Source: Actinomycetota bacterium
GTDB taxonomy: Bacteria; Actinomycetota; UBA4738; HRBIN12
NCBI GenBank assembly: GCA_036556385.1
Contig: DATBJQ010000090.1
Location: forward strand, 7,057 to 71,056
Direction of reading: 5' to 3'
Length of the DNA stretch: 64,000 bases
Position 1 is the stretch's first letter, and every line of letters begins with the position of its first letter. Positions 25,899 through 35,661 of this stretch are shown here, piece after piece. The position numbers and the translations under genes were made by a program. Under the pieces are notes generated by a model. The model was not told where the DNA came from and made no database searches. It worked only from the letters and a program-made list of their open reading frames with translations.

Positions 25899-27059
25899 TC
25901 ACGAGGCGGCCGTCGGGAGCGAGACCTCGAACGTGGAGCCCGATCCAAACTCGCTCTGGACGCTCACCACGCCGCCGTGGTTCTCGGCGACGTGCCGGAC
26001 GATCGCGAGACCGAGGCCCGTGCCGCCGGTCTCCCGGGAGCGCGCGCGATCGACACGATAGAAGCGCTCGAACACGCGAGGGAGGTCGCGACCCGGGATC
26101 CCGACGCCCGTGTCGCGGACGACCACCGTGGCCTGCCCGTCCCGCTGGAGCACCTGCACCCGCACGGTCCCACCGCCCGGTGTGTAGCGGACCGCGTTGT
26201 CGACGAGGTTGCGCACCATCAGGGCGAGGTCGCGCGCCGAGCCCCGGACGATCGGGTGATCCCGAGCCTGCCAGTCCAGCGTGATCCCGGCCGCGCCCGC
26301 GTCGTCCTCGAGCCGCTGGACCTCCTCGCTCACCACGCCGTCGAGCGCGACGAGCTCCGAGAGCTCGCTCCCGGTCTCCAGACGGGAGAGGTCGAGGAGG
26401 TCCGAGATGATCCGCGACAGCCGGAGCGCCTCTCGTTCGAGCTGCTCCGTGAAGCGCCCGGCGGCGTCGGGGTCGTCGATCGCCCCGTCGTGGAGCGTCT
26501 CGGCGGCCGCGCGGATCGAGGCCACGGGTGTCTTGAGCTCGTGCGAGGCGTTCGCGACGAAGTCACGGCGGATCGCGTCGATGCGTCGGGCCTCGGTGAC
26601 GTCGCGGACGACCAGCAGCACGGTGCCGTCGCCGCCGACCGGGCGGGCCGCGGCCCGGAGCCAGCGCGACGGCGCGCCGGTCTCGGCCTCGACCTCCACC
26701 AGCTCGCCGTCGGCGCTCGCGCGCCGCACGGCATCCCGCAGGTCGAGCGGAAGCAGGTGCTCCGCGTCGGCCGGGACGGCGCCCAGGTGGCGGGCGAGGG
26801 CCGCGTTCTCGAAGACCCGGCGACCCTCGGGGTCGAGCAGCAGCACGCCCTCGTCCATCGAGTCCAGGACCAGCGAGCGGACCTCGCGGACCTCGGCCAC
26901 GGACCGCTCCTGCGCCTCGAGTGTGTCCCGCGTCCGGGCGAGCGCCCGCTCGAGCGGCCGGCGCGCGCGTCGCGCTCGCGCGATCAGGATGGCGCCGGTC
27001 ACCACGGCGCCCGCGACCGCGGCCACCACCAGCGCGAGCACGCCGCCGACCCCATCCAT
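25899..27059 (-). CDS. PAS-domain sensor histidine kinase, PhoR/SenX3-like
   Basis: TM anchor, PAS-like region, H-box 'FVANASHELKTPVASI', N/G-boxes 'VRNLVDNAVRYTPGGG' and 'GGTGLGLAIVRHV'. Divergent from pstS across the PHO-box region. Confidence 0.85.
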   Translation of the reverse strand: MDGVGGVLALVVAAVAGAVVTGAILIARARRARRPLERALARTRDTLEAQERSVAEVREVRSLVLDSMDEGVLLLDPEGRRVFENAALARHLGAVPADAEHLLPLDLRDAVRRASADGELVEVEAETGAPSRWLRAAARPVGGDGTVLLVVRDVTEARRIDAIRRDFVANASHELKTPVASIRAAAETLHDGAIDDPDAAGRFTEQLEREALRLSRIISDLLDLSRLETGSELSELVALDGVVSEEVQRLEDDAGAAGITLDWQARDHPIVRGSARDLALMVRNLVDNAVRYTPGGGTVRVQVLQRDGQATVVVRDTGVGIPGRDLPRVFERFYRVDRARSRETGGTGLGLAIVRHVAENHGGVVSVQSEFGSGSTFEVSLPTAAS

Positions 27060-27102
27060 CGAGTCGGAGTGTAGGAGCGAGACGGGGTCGGGGAGGGGGG
27101 GT

Positions 27103-27146
27103 GCTCACCGTCCGTTCCCCCGCCGTTCGCCGTGCGGTTCCCCCCG
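27103..27146. promoter_or_regulatory. PHO-box-like array: four consecutive 11-nt direct-repeat units with a GTTC(A/C)CC core (kinase-proximal)
   Basis: Units start at 27104, 27115, 27126 and 27137 (gCTCACCgtcc / gTTCCCCcgcc / gTTCGCCgtgc / gGTTCCCcccg). The 11-nt periodicity matches PhoP/RegX3-type direct-repeat operators of actinobacteria. Confidence 0.5.
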
Positions 27147-27185
27147 ACCAGCGCCTTCCGAGCCACCCGACTCAGCCGGCCCGTC

Positions 27186-27207
27186 GTTCACCGTCCGTTC
27201 ACCGACG
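27186..27207. promoter_or_regulatory. PHO box: two perfect 11-nt direct repeats GTTCACCGTCC / GTTCACCGACG about 75 bp upstream of pstS
   Basis: GTTCACC is the core of the Streptomyces PhoP direct-repeat unit. The spacing is exactly 11 nt, immediately upstream of a phosphate ABC transporter operon. Confidence 0.65.
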
Positions 27208-27279
27208 CGCCGACGGTGCGCCACATCGGCTCCCTAGCCTTCGCCACGGTCTGGATCCGACCGAGGGGGAGGGAAGAGC

Positions 27280-28308
27280 ATGCGGAGGTTCCGGAGGTTC
27301 GCGGGCATCCTGACCGGGGTGCTCGCGCTGTCGCTCGTGGCGGCCGCCTGCGGCGACGACGGGGGCGGCACGGACGAGCCGGTCTCGTCCCTGTCGGGCA
27401 CCGTGAACATCTCGGGCTCGTCCACCGTCCTGCCGATCGCGAACGCCGTCGCCGCGACCTTTAACGCCGCGAACCCCAACGTCGGGATCCGTGTGGACGG
27501 CCCCGGCACCGGTGACGGGATGGCGTTGTTCTGCACCGGCGACATCGACATCGCGGATGCGTCGCGCCCGATCGACGAAGAGGACGAGGTCCCGGTGTGC
27601 GAGGAGAACGGGATCGAGTACGTGGAGCTGGAGATCGCGCTCGACGGCGTGACCGTGATGACGAGCCCGGAGAACAGTGTCGAGTGCCTGAACAACGGTG
27701 ACCTCTACGCACTCTTCGGCCCCGAATCGACCGGGATCGACACCTGGAACGGCGCGGACGATCTCGCGAGCCAGGTCGGCGGGACGGGCGGCTTCCCGGA
27801 CGAGTCGCTCGAGATCACCGCCCCCGGGGAGGAGTCGGGGACCTACGACGCCTTCATCGACCTGGCCGGGATCGAGGACGTCGCTCTCGAGCAGGGTGTG
27901 CCCGAGGACGAGGCGGCGAGCCTCCGTGGCGACTACACGCCGTCGGCCGACGACAACGTGATCATCACGGCGATGGAGAGCTCCGCGGGATCGCTCGGGT
28001 TCGTCGGCTTCGCCTACGCGCAGAGCGCCGGCGAAGGGGTCAAGGAGATCCAGGTCGACGGCGGCGAAGGGTGCGTCGCACCGACCGCGGACACGATCGC
28101 GGACGGCAGCTACCCGCTCTCGCGGTCGCTGTACATCTACGTGAACACGACGAAGGCTGCCGAGAACCCGGCCGTCGCCGCGTTCGTGGACACGTTCCTG
28201 TCCGAGGCCGGCACCACCGAAGCGGTCACGGCAACCGGGTACGTGGTGCTCCCGGCGGATCGGATCGCCGCGTCGCAGGCGGCCTGGGACGAGGTGGCCC
28301 CCGCCTGA
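27280..28308 (+). CDS. pstS: Phosphate ABC transporter substrate-binding lipoprotein PstS
   Basis: Lipoprotein signal 'LALSLVAAAC'. 'GSSTVLPIANAVAATFNAANPNVGIRVDGPGTGDG' is the PBP superfamily. First gene of pstSCAB. Confidence 0.9.
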   Translation: MRRFRRFAGILTGVLALSLVAAACGDDGGGTDEPVSSLSGTVNISGSSTVLPIANAVAATFNAANPNVGIRVDGPGTGDGMALFCTGDIDIADASRPIDEEDEVPVCEENGIEYVELEIALDGVTVMTSPENSVECLNNGDLYALFGPESTGIDTWNGADDLASQVGGTGGFPDESLEITAPGEESGTYDAFIDLAGIEDVALEQGVPEDEAASLRGDYTPSADDNVIITAMESSAGSLGFVGFAYAQSAGEGVKEIQVDGGEGCVAPTADTIADGSYPLSRSLYIYVNTTKAAENPAVAAFVDTFLSEAGTTEAVTATGYVVLPADRIAASQAAWDEVAPA

Positions 28309-28391
28309 GACGGCACACACACGGGGAAGACCGAGCGCGTCGCGCTCGGTCTTCCCCCTCGACCTCGTAGGGGATAGGCTCGCCAACCCGG

Positions 28392-29333
28392 ATGGATACC
28401 CTCGCCCCGACCCGCGAACTCACCGTCGACGTGCTCCGTGGGAGCAGCCGTCGTCGCCGGAAGGAACGCGCGACGAAGCTCGTGCTGCAGGGAGCCTCCG
28501 TGTTCTCCCTCGTCGTCAGCGTGGCGATCCTGCTCGCGATGGCCGGTCAGGCGATCCGGTGGCTCACGGGGATCGACCTCGGATGGCTCTGGACCTCGGC
28601 CGGCTGGTCACCACGGAGGAACGACTTCGACATCCTGACCCTCTTCGTCGGCACCGTGATGGTCGCTGGCATCGCGATGCTCGTCGCGGCGCCGCTCGGC
28701 CTCGGGGCGGCGCTGTACCTGTCGGAGTACGCCACCCCGAGGATCAGGAGGGTCCTCAAGCCGATCCTCGAGGTGCTGGCGAGCATCCCCAGCGTGGTGC
28801 TCGGCTTCTTCGCCCTCACCGTGATCCAACCCTCGATCGTGGTGGGGCTCATCGGTGGGAAGGGTGCCTTCTCGTACCTGTCGGCGGGGATCGCGGTGGG
28901 GATCCTCACGGTCCCACTCGTGGCGTCGGTGTCCGAGGACGCGATGTACGCGGTGCCGGGCGCGATGCGGGAGGCCGCCTACGGCATCGGCGCGAAGCAG
29001 CGGACCGTGTCGGTCCGCGTCGTCTTTCCCGCGGCGATCTCCGGGATCGTCGCCGCCCTGATCCTCGGGTTCTCACGGGCGATCGGCGAGACGATGGTCG
29101 TCGCGATCGCGGCCGGCGCGACGGGAGCCGCCCCCCGGACGTTCAACCCGCTCGAGCCCGGTCAGACGATGACCGGCGCGATCGCTTCGCTCGCGATCGG
29201 TTCGGACCAGGTGCGAGGTTCGGGGTTCGCGTTCGGCAGCCTCTACTTCGTCGCGCTCCTCCTGTTCATCCTCACGTTCTCGCTCAACGTCGTCAGCGAG
29301 CGGTTCGTCCGCCGGGTGAGGAAGACCTACTGA
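28392..29333 (+). CDS. pstC: Phosphate ABC transporter permease PstC
   Basis: Six-TM permease with an EAA-like loop. Its stop overlaps the pstA start (TGATG). Confidence 0.85.
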   Translation: MDTLAPTRELTVDVLRGSSRRRRKERATKLVLQGASVFSLVVSVAILLAMAGQAIRWLTGIDLGWLWTSAGWSPRRNDFDILTLFVGTVMVAGIAMLVAAPLGLGAALYLSEYATPRIRRVLKPILEVLASIPSVVLGFFALTVIQPSIVVGLIGGKGAFSYLSAGIAVGILTVPLVASVSEDAMYAVPGAMREAAYGIGAKQRTVSVRVVFPAAISGIVAALILGFSRAIGETMVVAIAAGATGAAPRTFNPLEPGQTMTGAIASLAIGSDQVRGSGFAFGSLYFVALLLFILTFSLNVVSERFVRRVRKTY

Positions 29334-30286
29334 TGCGCTCGCTCGTCGCCACCGACGACGTCCGCGCGGCGGTCGACGCCGCGCTGCGCGGCCAGAAGCG
29401 CGACGTCAAGGGACTGCTGTTCAAGGGCGTCCTGCTCCTCACCCTCCTGATCTCGCTCGGCGTGTTGATCGTCCTGCTCTGGAAGGTCGTCGCCGACGCG
29501 CTCCCCGTCTTCCAGGACCGAGGGTGGTCGTTCGTCACGTCCAACACCTCGCCGCTGCCGAACCAGGCCGGTGTGCGCCAGGGGCTGATCGGGTCGTTGA
29601 TCCTGATCCTGTTCGTCACCTTGCTCGCGCTGCCGCTCGGGATCGCGGCGGCGATCTACCTCCAGGAGTACGCGCGCGACTCCCGGCTGAACAGGATCCT
29701 GATCGCGAACGTACGCAACCTGGCGGGGGTCCCGTCGATCGTCTACGGGATCCTCGGCCTCGTCGTGTTCGTTCAGGCGTTCCGCGGCTTCACAGGCCCC
29801 GGTGGTGGCGCGCCGGGATACAGCTACATCTCCGGGGGGCTTACCCTCGCCGTCCTCGTGATGCCGATCGTGATCCTGGTGACGATGGAGGCGCTCCGGG
29901 CCGTCCCCCAGAGCCTCCGCGAGGGCGCCTACGGTGTGGGCGCGACCCGGTGGGAGGTGACGCGGAGCCATGTGCTGCCCTACGCGGCTCCGGGCATGCT
30001 GACGGGCGCGATCCTCGCTCTGGGCCGCGCGTTCGGCGAGACGGCGCCGTTGCTCCTGGTCGGTGCAACGCTCGGCTTCTTCGCCAATCCTCCGGGCCAG
30101 GCCCCGCTCGATCTCCTGCAGGGCTTCTACACCGCGCTCCCCACGCAGATCTTCGCGTGGGCCAAGCTCCCGCAGGCCGTCTGGGGAGCCAACGTGTCGG
30201 CCGCTATCGTTGTACTCCTGGTGACCATCCTCGCCGTCAACGCCGTCGCGATCGTGCTGAGGAACCGATATGACCGGAAGTGGTGA
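29333..30286 (+). CDS. pstA: Phosphate ABC transporter permease PstA
   Basis: Start 'MRSLVATDD...' overlaps the pstC stop. Permease TM pattern. Contains '[23 protein letters not shown]'. Confidence 0.85.
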   Translation: MRSLVATDDVRAAVDAALRGQKRDVKGLLFKGVLLLTLLISLGVLIVLLWKVVADALPVFQDRGWSFVTSNTSPLPNQAGVRQGLIGSLILILFVTLLALPLGIAAAIYLQEYARDSRLNRILIANVRNLAGVPSIVYGILGLVVFVQAFRGFTGPGGGAPGYSYISGGLTLAVLVMPIVILVTMEALRAVPQSLREGAYGVGATRWEVTRSHVLPYAAPGMLTGAILALGRAFGETAPLLLVGATLGFFANPPGQAPLDLLQGFYTALPTQIFAWAKLPQAVWGANVSAAIVVLLVTILAVNAVAIVLRNRYDRKW

Positions 30287-31193
30287 GGAGATGGAGCCGA
30301 CACGAGTGAGACCGGATGAGCTGGACGAACCGATCGTCTCCACGCACGCCGCCGAGGTCGAGCCAGCCCGGGTCACGGTGCGGGAGATCCGGGAACCGGA
30401 GGCCCAGGGTGCCGCCCACCCGACGGTGTTCCGGGTCGAGGGCGTGAACGTGTACTACGGCGAGTTCCGGGCCGTCCGGGACGTGACCCTGGACATCCCG
30501 TCGAACCAGATCACGGCCCTGATCGGCCCCTCGGGGTGCGGGAAGACCACGTTCCTCCGCTGCCTGAACCGGATGAACGACCTGATCGAGACGGCTCGGG
30601 TCGAGGGGACCCTCGAGTACCACGGGGTGAACCTGTACGACCCTCGCGTCGACCCCGTCGAGGTCCGCCGCCGGATCGGCATGGTGTTCCAGAAGCCGAA
30701 CCCGTTCCCCAAATCGATCTACGAGAACATCGCCTTCGGGCCGAAGATCGCCGGGTTCAAGGGGAACCTGGACGACCTCGTGGAGGAGAGCCTCCGCAAG
30801 GCGGCGCTCTGGGACGAGGTCAAGGACAAGCTCAAGGAGTCGGGCATGGCGATGTCCGGCGGGCAGCAGCAGCGGCTGTGCATCGCCCGGGCGATCGCCA
30901 CGCGTCCCGACGTGATCCTGATGGACGAGCCGTGTTCGTCCCTCGACCCGATCGCCACCGCGAAGATCGAGGACCTGATGCAGGAGCTGGTCTCCGACTA
31001 CTCGATCGTGATCGTGACCCACAACATGCAGCAGGCGGCGCGGGTCTCGGACCGGACCGCCTTCTTCACGGTCGAGGTCTCCGACGACGGGCACCGCACG
31101 GGTCTGATCGCCGAGTACGACCAGACGCAGAAGATCTTCACCGATCCCTCGGATCCACGGACCGAGGCGTACGTGACGGGGCGGTTCGGATGA
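30270..31193 (+). CDS. pstB: Phosphate ABC transporter ATP-binding protein PstB
   Basis: Walker A 'GPSGCGKTT', signature '[14 protein letters not shown]', Walker B '[11 protein letters not shown]'. Confidence 0.9.
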   Translation: MTGSGEEMEPTRVRPDELDEPIVSTHAAEVEPARVTVREIREPEAQGAAHPTVFRVEGVNVYYGEFRAVRDVTLDIPSNQITALIGPSGCGKTTFLRCLNRMNDLIETARVEGTLEYHGVNLYDPRVDPVEVRRRIGMVFQKPNPFPKSIYENIAFGPKIAGFKGNLDDLVEESLRKAALWDEVKDKLKESGMAMSGGQQQRLCIARAIATRPDVILMDEPCSSLDPIATAKIEDLMQELVSDYSIVIVTHNMQQAARVSDRTAFFTVEVSDDGHRTGLIAEYDQTQKIFTDPSDPRTEAYVTGRFG

Positions 31194-31867
31194 CGCGCGA
31201 ACGGTTCCACGAGTCGTTGGAGCGGATGGAGCTGGAGCTCCTGTCGCTGGGCGAGCTGGCCGGCACCGCGGTCCAGCGTTCGGTCGAGTCCATCGTGGAG
31301 CGCGACGCGCAGACGGCGCAGACCGTGGTGGACGACGACGACCAGATCGACGAGAGCTACCTCAAGATCGACAACGGCGTCCTCGAGATGTTGGCGCTCC
31401 AGACCCCGGTGGCCGGTGAGCTGCGGCTCGTCTCGGCGATCCTGCACAGCTGCCTGCACCTGGAACGGATCGGCGACCAGGCCGTGAACATCGCCAAGAT
31501 GCACCTGGCCACGCAGGACCTCCCGGGGAGCGACACGATGCGGCGACAGCTGCAGGAGATGGGCGACATGGTGGTGCAGATGCTCCGCACGGCGATGGAG
31601 GCCTTCCGCAAGCGGGATGCCGAGCTGGCGGCGACCCTGCCCGGTCTGGACGACCCGGTCGACCGGCTCAACCGGGCGACCCATCTGGAGGCGCTCAAGC
31701 TGGCCGACGACCCGAAGGCGCTCGATTGGGGGATGCACATGAACCTCGCGGCCCGCGCGCTCGAGCGCGTGGGTGACAACGCCGTCGACATCGCCGAGCA
31801 GGTCGGCTTCCTGGTGACGGGGGAGTTCCGGGAGTTCACCGACGCCTCCCACCCGGTCGAGGCCTGA
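31190..31867 (+). CDS. phoU: Phosphate-signalling accessory protein PhoU
   Basis: Two PhoU repeats ('...[13 protein letters not shown]...' and '...[13 protein letters not shown]...'). The start ATG overlaps the pstB stop. Confidence 0.85.
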   Translation: MTRERFHESLERMELELLSLGELAGTAVQRSVESIVERDAQTAQTVVDDDDQIDESYLKIDNGVLEMLALQTPVAGELRLVSAILHSCLHLERIGDQAVNIAKMHLATQDLPGSDTMRRQLQEMGDMVVQMLRTAMEAFRKRDAELAATLPGLDDPVDRLNRATHLEALKLADDPKALDWGMHMNLAARALERVGDNAVDIAEQVGFLVTGEFREFTDASHPVEA

Positions 31868-32562
31868 TGGACGAGGCTGCCTCCCGCATCCTGCTGGTGG
31901 AGGACGAGCCGTCGCTCGTCGAGTCCGTCCGCTACTCGCTCGAGCGGGAGGGGTTCCGCGTGACGGTGGCCGGTGACGGCCGTCGCGCGATCGAGCGGTT
32001 CCGGGCCGACCAGCCCGATCTCGTGATCCTGGACCTGATGCTGCCCGAGCTCTCGGGCCTCGACGTCTGCCGGATGATCCGCGACGAGTCCACGGTGCCG
32101 ATCATCGTGGTGACGGCGAAGGACTCGGAGGCGGACAAGGTCACGGGGCTGGAGCTGGGCGCGGACGACTACGTCACCAAGCCGTTCTCGGTCCGCGAGC
32201 TCGTCTCCCGCGTTCGGGCGCATCTGCGCCGCGCGCGGATGCAGTCCGCACTGCCTCCCGAGGAGATGCTCGCCGGGGGGCCGGTGGAGATGGACGTCGG
32301 GCGCCACGAGGTGCGCGTCCAGGGCGACGCGATCGCGTTCCCTCCCAAGGAGTTCGAGCTGCTCGAGACCTTCCTCCGCCGCAAGGGCCGCCTGCTCACA
32401 CGGGAGTTCCTGATCGAGGAGGTCTGGGGCCACGACTACTTCGGCGACACGAAGACCCTCGACGTGCACGTGAAGCGCATCCGGCGCAAGATCGAGCCCG
32501 ATCCGCACGAGCCCACGCATCTCGTCACGGTGCGCGGTCTCGGCTACAAGTTCGTGGCGTGA
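31867..32562 (+). CDS. OmpR/PhoB-family response regulator (PhoP/RegX3-like)
   Basis: Receiver 'ILLVEDEPSLVES...DLVILDLMLPELSG...IIVVTAKDSE...YVTKPF' with the winged-helix 'TREFLIEEVWG...TLDVHVKRIRRKIE'. Sits at the end of the pst-phoU operon. Confidence 0.85.
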   Translation: MDEAASRILLVEDEPSLVESVRYSLEREGFRVTVAGDGRRAIERFRADQPDLVILDLMLPELSGLDVCRMIRDESTVPIIVVTAKDSEADKVTGLELGADDYVTKPFSVRELVSRVRAHLRRARMQSALPPEEMLAGGPVEMDVGRHEVRVQGDAIAFPPKEFELLETFLRRKGRLLTREFLIEEVWGHDYFGDTKTLDVHVKRIRRKIEPDPHEPTHLVTVRGLGYKFVA

Positions 32563-33359
32563 GGGCGATCCCCCCTCGGCGCCCGGTCCACCGGGCCTCG
32601 GGTGGAGGCCAGCCGTCCCACATCCCGGAACCCGAGGGAGCCGTAGAGGCGCACCACGGCGTCGTCGTCGGGGTCGGCGAACAGGCAGACGTGCTCCGCC
32701 CCGCGGCTCCGCGCCTCCCGCACGATCCGGGTGGTCAGCGCGCTCGCGTATCCCTTCCCGCGCGAAGCCGGGAACGTGGCGACGTTGTCGACGTACCCCA
32801 CGCCCTCCAGCAGGACCAGTGCGGCGAGCGAGACGATCTCTCCCTCCTCGCGGATCGCGAACCAGCGCTTGCCGCCCGGCTCCAGGACGTCGCGTTCGAT
32901 CGCCCGCAGCTGGTGGACCGCGTCCCCCGGTTCGACGCCGAACAGGGCGAGCGAGTCGCCCACGCGGCGCCAGAGCTCGTCGCCGGCCGGCACCTCCTCC
33001 ACGCGATCGTCCGTGGTCGCCCGGACCGGATCGCCGGGGCCGACCTCCATCACCAGGTCCCAGCTGAGGCGGTCGCCCCGCGACGAGAGCTCGGCCAGCA
33101 GCCCGGCCGTGGCCTCCGGCCGGAAGCTGACGACGTGGTACGTGGTGGCGCCGGCGGCGGCGAGGGCCGGCAGGAGGTCGGCATCGATGTCCGCGACCCG
33201 GAGCCTCGGATCGGCCACGTCGATCCGTGCGTAGTTCGTGTCCCAGATCCGCGGGTACCGGCCGTCGGTGACGACGGCCCCCCACGTGGTGGGTCGGACG
33301 CTGGCGAACAGCTCGTCCAGGGCCCGCCAGAACCGGTGGATGTGGTCGGGGACGGGCAC
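32544..33359 (-). CDS. GNAT-family N-acetyltransferase
   Basis: The C-terminal half has the acetyl-CoA-binding 'VATFPASRGKGYASALTTRIVREARSRGAEHVCLFADPDDDAVVRLYGSLGF'. A GTG start at 33359 is proposed. The long N-terminal extension in the ORF track is antisense to corA. Confidence 0.6.
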   Translation of the reverse strand: MPVPDHIHRFWRALDELFASVRPTTWGAVVTDGRYPRIWDTNYARIDVADPRLRVADIDADLLPALAAAGATTYHVVSFRPEATAGLLAELSSRGDRLSWDLVMEVGPGDPVRATTDDRVEEVPAGDELWRRVGDSLALFGVEPGDAVHQLRAIERDVLEPGGKRWFAIREEGEIVSLAALVLLEGVGYVDNVATFPASRGKGYASALTTRIVREARSRGAEHVCLFADPDDDAVVRLYGSLGFRDVGRLASTRGPVDRAPRGDRPHATNL

Positions 33360-33428
33360 GACCGGCGCAGTGTAGCCACGGGGTGTCGTGGTGGTTGGCG
33401 CCGAGCGGCCACGGGGTAGGCTCCGCGC

Positions 33429-34397
33429 GTGATCGCGTGCCACTGGATCGGGTCGGGCGGCATCGGACCGCCCGAGGACCCCGAGCGGATCGCGACGGCA
33501 CCGCCCGAGGAGGGCGCGTGGCTGTGGTACGACGTGCAGGATCCCACGGTCCAGGAGCTCACGGCGCTCCAGGAGCGGCTCCACCTCCACCCGCTCGCGA
33601 TCGAGGACGTCCGGCACCGCGGCCAGCGGCCCAAGGTCGACCTCTTCGACCACCATTGCTTCGTCGTGATGCGCCCCCTGGGCGTGTCGCCCGGCGGCGA
33701 TGTGGTGGACATGGAGGTGCAGGTGTTCGCTTCCACCGACTGGCTCGTCACGGTGCGGTTCACCCCGGCGTTCGACCTCCGCAGCACGCTCGATCGCTGG
33801 CGGGCCCGGTCGCCCGAGCCGGGTCCGGCCGGCGCCCTGTACGCCTTGATCGACGAGGTCGCCGACGGCTACCTGGGGATCGTGGAGCACCTGGAGGACC
33901 ACGCGGACGACCTGGAGGACCAGGTGTTCGGTCGCGGCGCGGTGGGGGACGACGAACGCACCCTGCAGGCGCGGATCCTGCGCCTGCGCCGCGAGGTGGT
34001 GCGGATGCGCCGGTTCGCGATGCCGCTGCGGCAGGCCCTCGACCTGCTGATGGATGACGGCCGGTTCGTGCCGGAGCACCTCGTCCCGTACTACCGCGAC
34101 GTCTCCGAGCACCTGCTGCGGTCGGTCGAGCTCTCCGACAACGTCCGCGACATCCTGACCACGATCCTGGAGATCCGCACCGCTCAGGCAGCCAACCAGC
34201 TGAACGAGGTGATGAAGAAGCTCACGGCGTGGGCCGGCATCATCCTCGTGCCCACCCTGATCGCCGGGATCTACGGCATGAACTTCCGCGACATGCCGGA
34301 GCTCCGCTGGCATATCGGGTACCCGGTGGCGATCGGCATGATGGCGGCCTCGGCCGCCGTCCTGTACTGGATCTTCAAGAAGCGCGGGTGGCTCTGA
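33429..34397 (+). CDS. corA: Magnesium/cobalt transporter CorA
   Basis: Cytoplasmic funnel domain plus two C-terminal TM helices with 'YGMNF' (GMN motif). The basic C-terminus 'FKKRGWL'. Confidence 0.85.
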   Translation: MIACHWIGSGGIGPPEDPERIATAPPEEGAWLWYDVQDPTVQELTALQERLHLHPLAIEDVRHRGQRPKVDLFDHHCFVVMRPLGVSPGGDVVDMEVQVFASTDWLVTVRFTPAFDLRSTLDRWRARSPEPGPAGALYALIDEVADGYLGIVEHLEDHADDLEDQVFGRGAVGDDERTLQARILRLRREVVRMRRFAMPLRQALDLLMDDGRFVPEHLVPYYRDVSEHLLRSVELSDNVRDILTTILEIRTAQAANQLNEVMKKLTAWAGIILVPTLIAGIYGMNFRDMPELRWHIGYPVAIGMMAASAAVLYWIFKKRGWL

Positions 34398-34726
34398 TGT
34401 GCCGCGCCGTCAAGGTGCTGTGCGTCGCGCCGGACGGCGAGGCGCTCGCGGCCCTCAAGGCTGCGTCGGTGTCCGCGGAGTGGGAGCTCTGCCCCGGGGC
34501 CACCGATCTCCGCGGCGCCCTGGATCAGCTCGACGTCGAGCGCCCGCACCTGGTCGTGGTCTTCGGAAGGTTCGACGAGCTCGTGGCGATGGCCGCCGAG
34601 CGGTTCCCCGCGATGCGCATCGTGACGGACCGGGACGTGCCCGGGGCCACCGAGGTGGCGACGTCGCTGGACGACGTCCGAGGCCTCCTGGCGGGGAAGC
34701 CTCGCCCGAGCGGTCCGGTCGGGTGA
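34397..34726 (+). CDS. Small protein with a receiver-like (CheY-fold) pattern but no phospho-acceptor signature; translationally coupled to corA
   Basis: An ATGA overlap with the corA stop. 'KVLCVAPDGEALAALK...HLVVVFGRFDELVAMAAERF' is an alternating beta/alpha pattern. No assignable family. Confidence 0.4.
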   Translation: MCRAVKVLCVAPDGEALAALKAASVSAEWELCPGATDLRGALDQLDVERPHLVVVFGRFDELVAMAAERFPAMRIVTDRDVPGATEVATSLDDVRGLLAGKPRPSGPVG

Positions 34727-34730
34727 CCGG

Positions 34731-35324
34731 TCAGGCGCCCCAGGGCTCCCAGCCGAACTTCCGCACCATCTTCATGGTGACCATGATGTTGGCGCGCGCG
34801 TTGAACGCGGACCAGCCGCGGAAGCCGAAGTCGGTCGCACGGTCCGGCCAGTAGCGGCAGAGGTGCTGGAAGATCCCTTTCGCGCAGCTGGAACGGTTGT
34901 AGGCACGCGGTTGGAACTTCGATTCACGGTCGGCGACGTACAGCGCCGTCGCGACGCCGACGCCGAAGTGGCGGGCGGCGCACCGGACGAGGCGCTCGAC
35001 GGCACCCCGGCCCTCCGTCCAATCGATCCGACAGACCTTGGCGTGACGGCCGGCTTCGCGGCCGCGGACCACGGCCGTCGTGGCCATCGGTGACGTGGTT
35101 GCATCCTCGGGACCGATCCGCACGGCGCGGCTCGGCAAGGAGCCGGCGTCCGCGTCGGCGAGCGAGCTCGCCGAGCGGTCCGCGGGGCGGTGATCAGTAG
35201 GGTTGGACCGTTCCCCGCTCGCGCTCGCGGTCGAGATCTGCACGAGGGGGAAGGCGAGGATAGCGGTCAGGATCATCGCGGCGATGAAGCCGCCGCGTGA
35301 CCGGATCGCTCGTGTCATACGCAT
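34731..35324 (-). CDS. Secreted lytic transglycosylase-domain (SLT-like) protein
   Basis: A signal/TM 'GGFIAAMILTAILAFPLV', then 'ADRESKFQPRAYNRSSCAKGIFQH', which matches the SLT catalytic motif ES-x-F-...-A-x-G-(L/I)-(M/F)-Q. Confidence 0.55.
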   Translation of the reverse strand: MRMTRAIRSRGGFIAAMILTAILAFPLVQISTASASGERSNPTDHRPADRSASSLADADAGSLPSRAVRIGPEDATTSPMATTAVVRGREAGRHAKVCRIDWTEGRGAVERLVRCAARHFGVGVATALYVADRESKFQPRAYNRSSCAKGIFQHLCRYWPDRATDFGFRGWSAFNARANIMVTMKMVRKFGWEPWGA

Positions 35325-35661
35325 CTGCACCCCCGCGGTGGACGGAGCTGGACGCTGCGTCCGCGCCGACCGGCCGGGTGAGCTCTTCACCGTTCGCCGA
35401 TCGCCCCGCGGTAGGTCGTGGGTGTCGCATCACCTCCTGAGGTCGGGTTCTCCTGTGTGACCTGTTGCCCCCTACAGGATCTCCGCCCTCTTCCCGGCAC
35501 GCAGACGTACGCCGACCAACCCTGGGAAGGTGGGAGGCGCAGGCGCGGTGCCGGGAAGGGTACGGACGGAGATGTCCGTAGGAAGGTGCGTCGACCCTAC
35601 CCCGGGCCCCGATCGGCTGACAACTCGGCCATGACTTCAGGTCACTCGTGCGGGTGCGACC

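Noticed and set aside
35391-35661. 270-bp intergenic region upstream of ispH, examined for a tRNA, riboswitch or small RNA
   Set aside because: There is no cloverleaf-compatible sequence (no GTTCGAATC-type T-arm) and no recognisable riboswitch core. One short hairpin (about 35559..35581) is insufficient to call anything. It is probably just divergent promoters for ispH and the transglycosylase gene.
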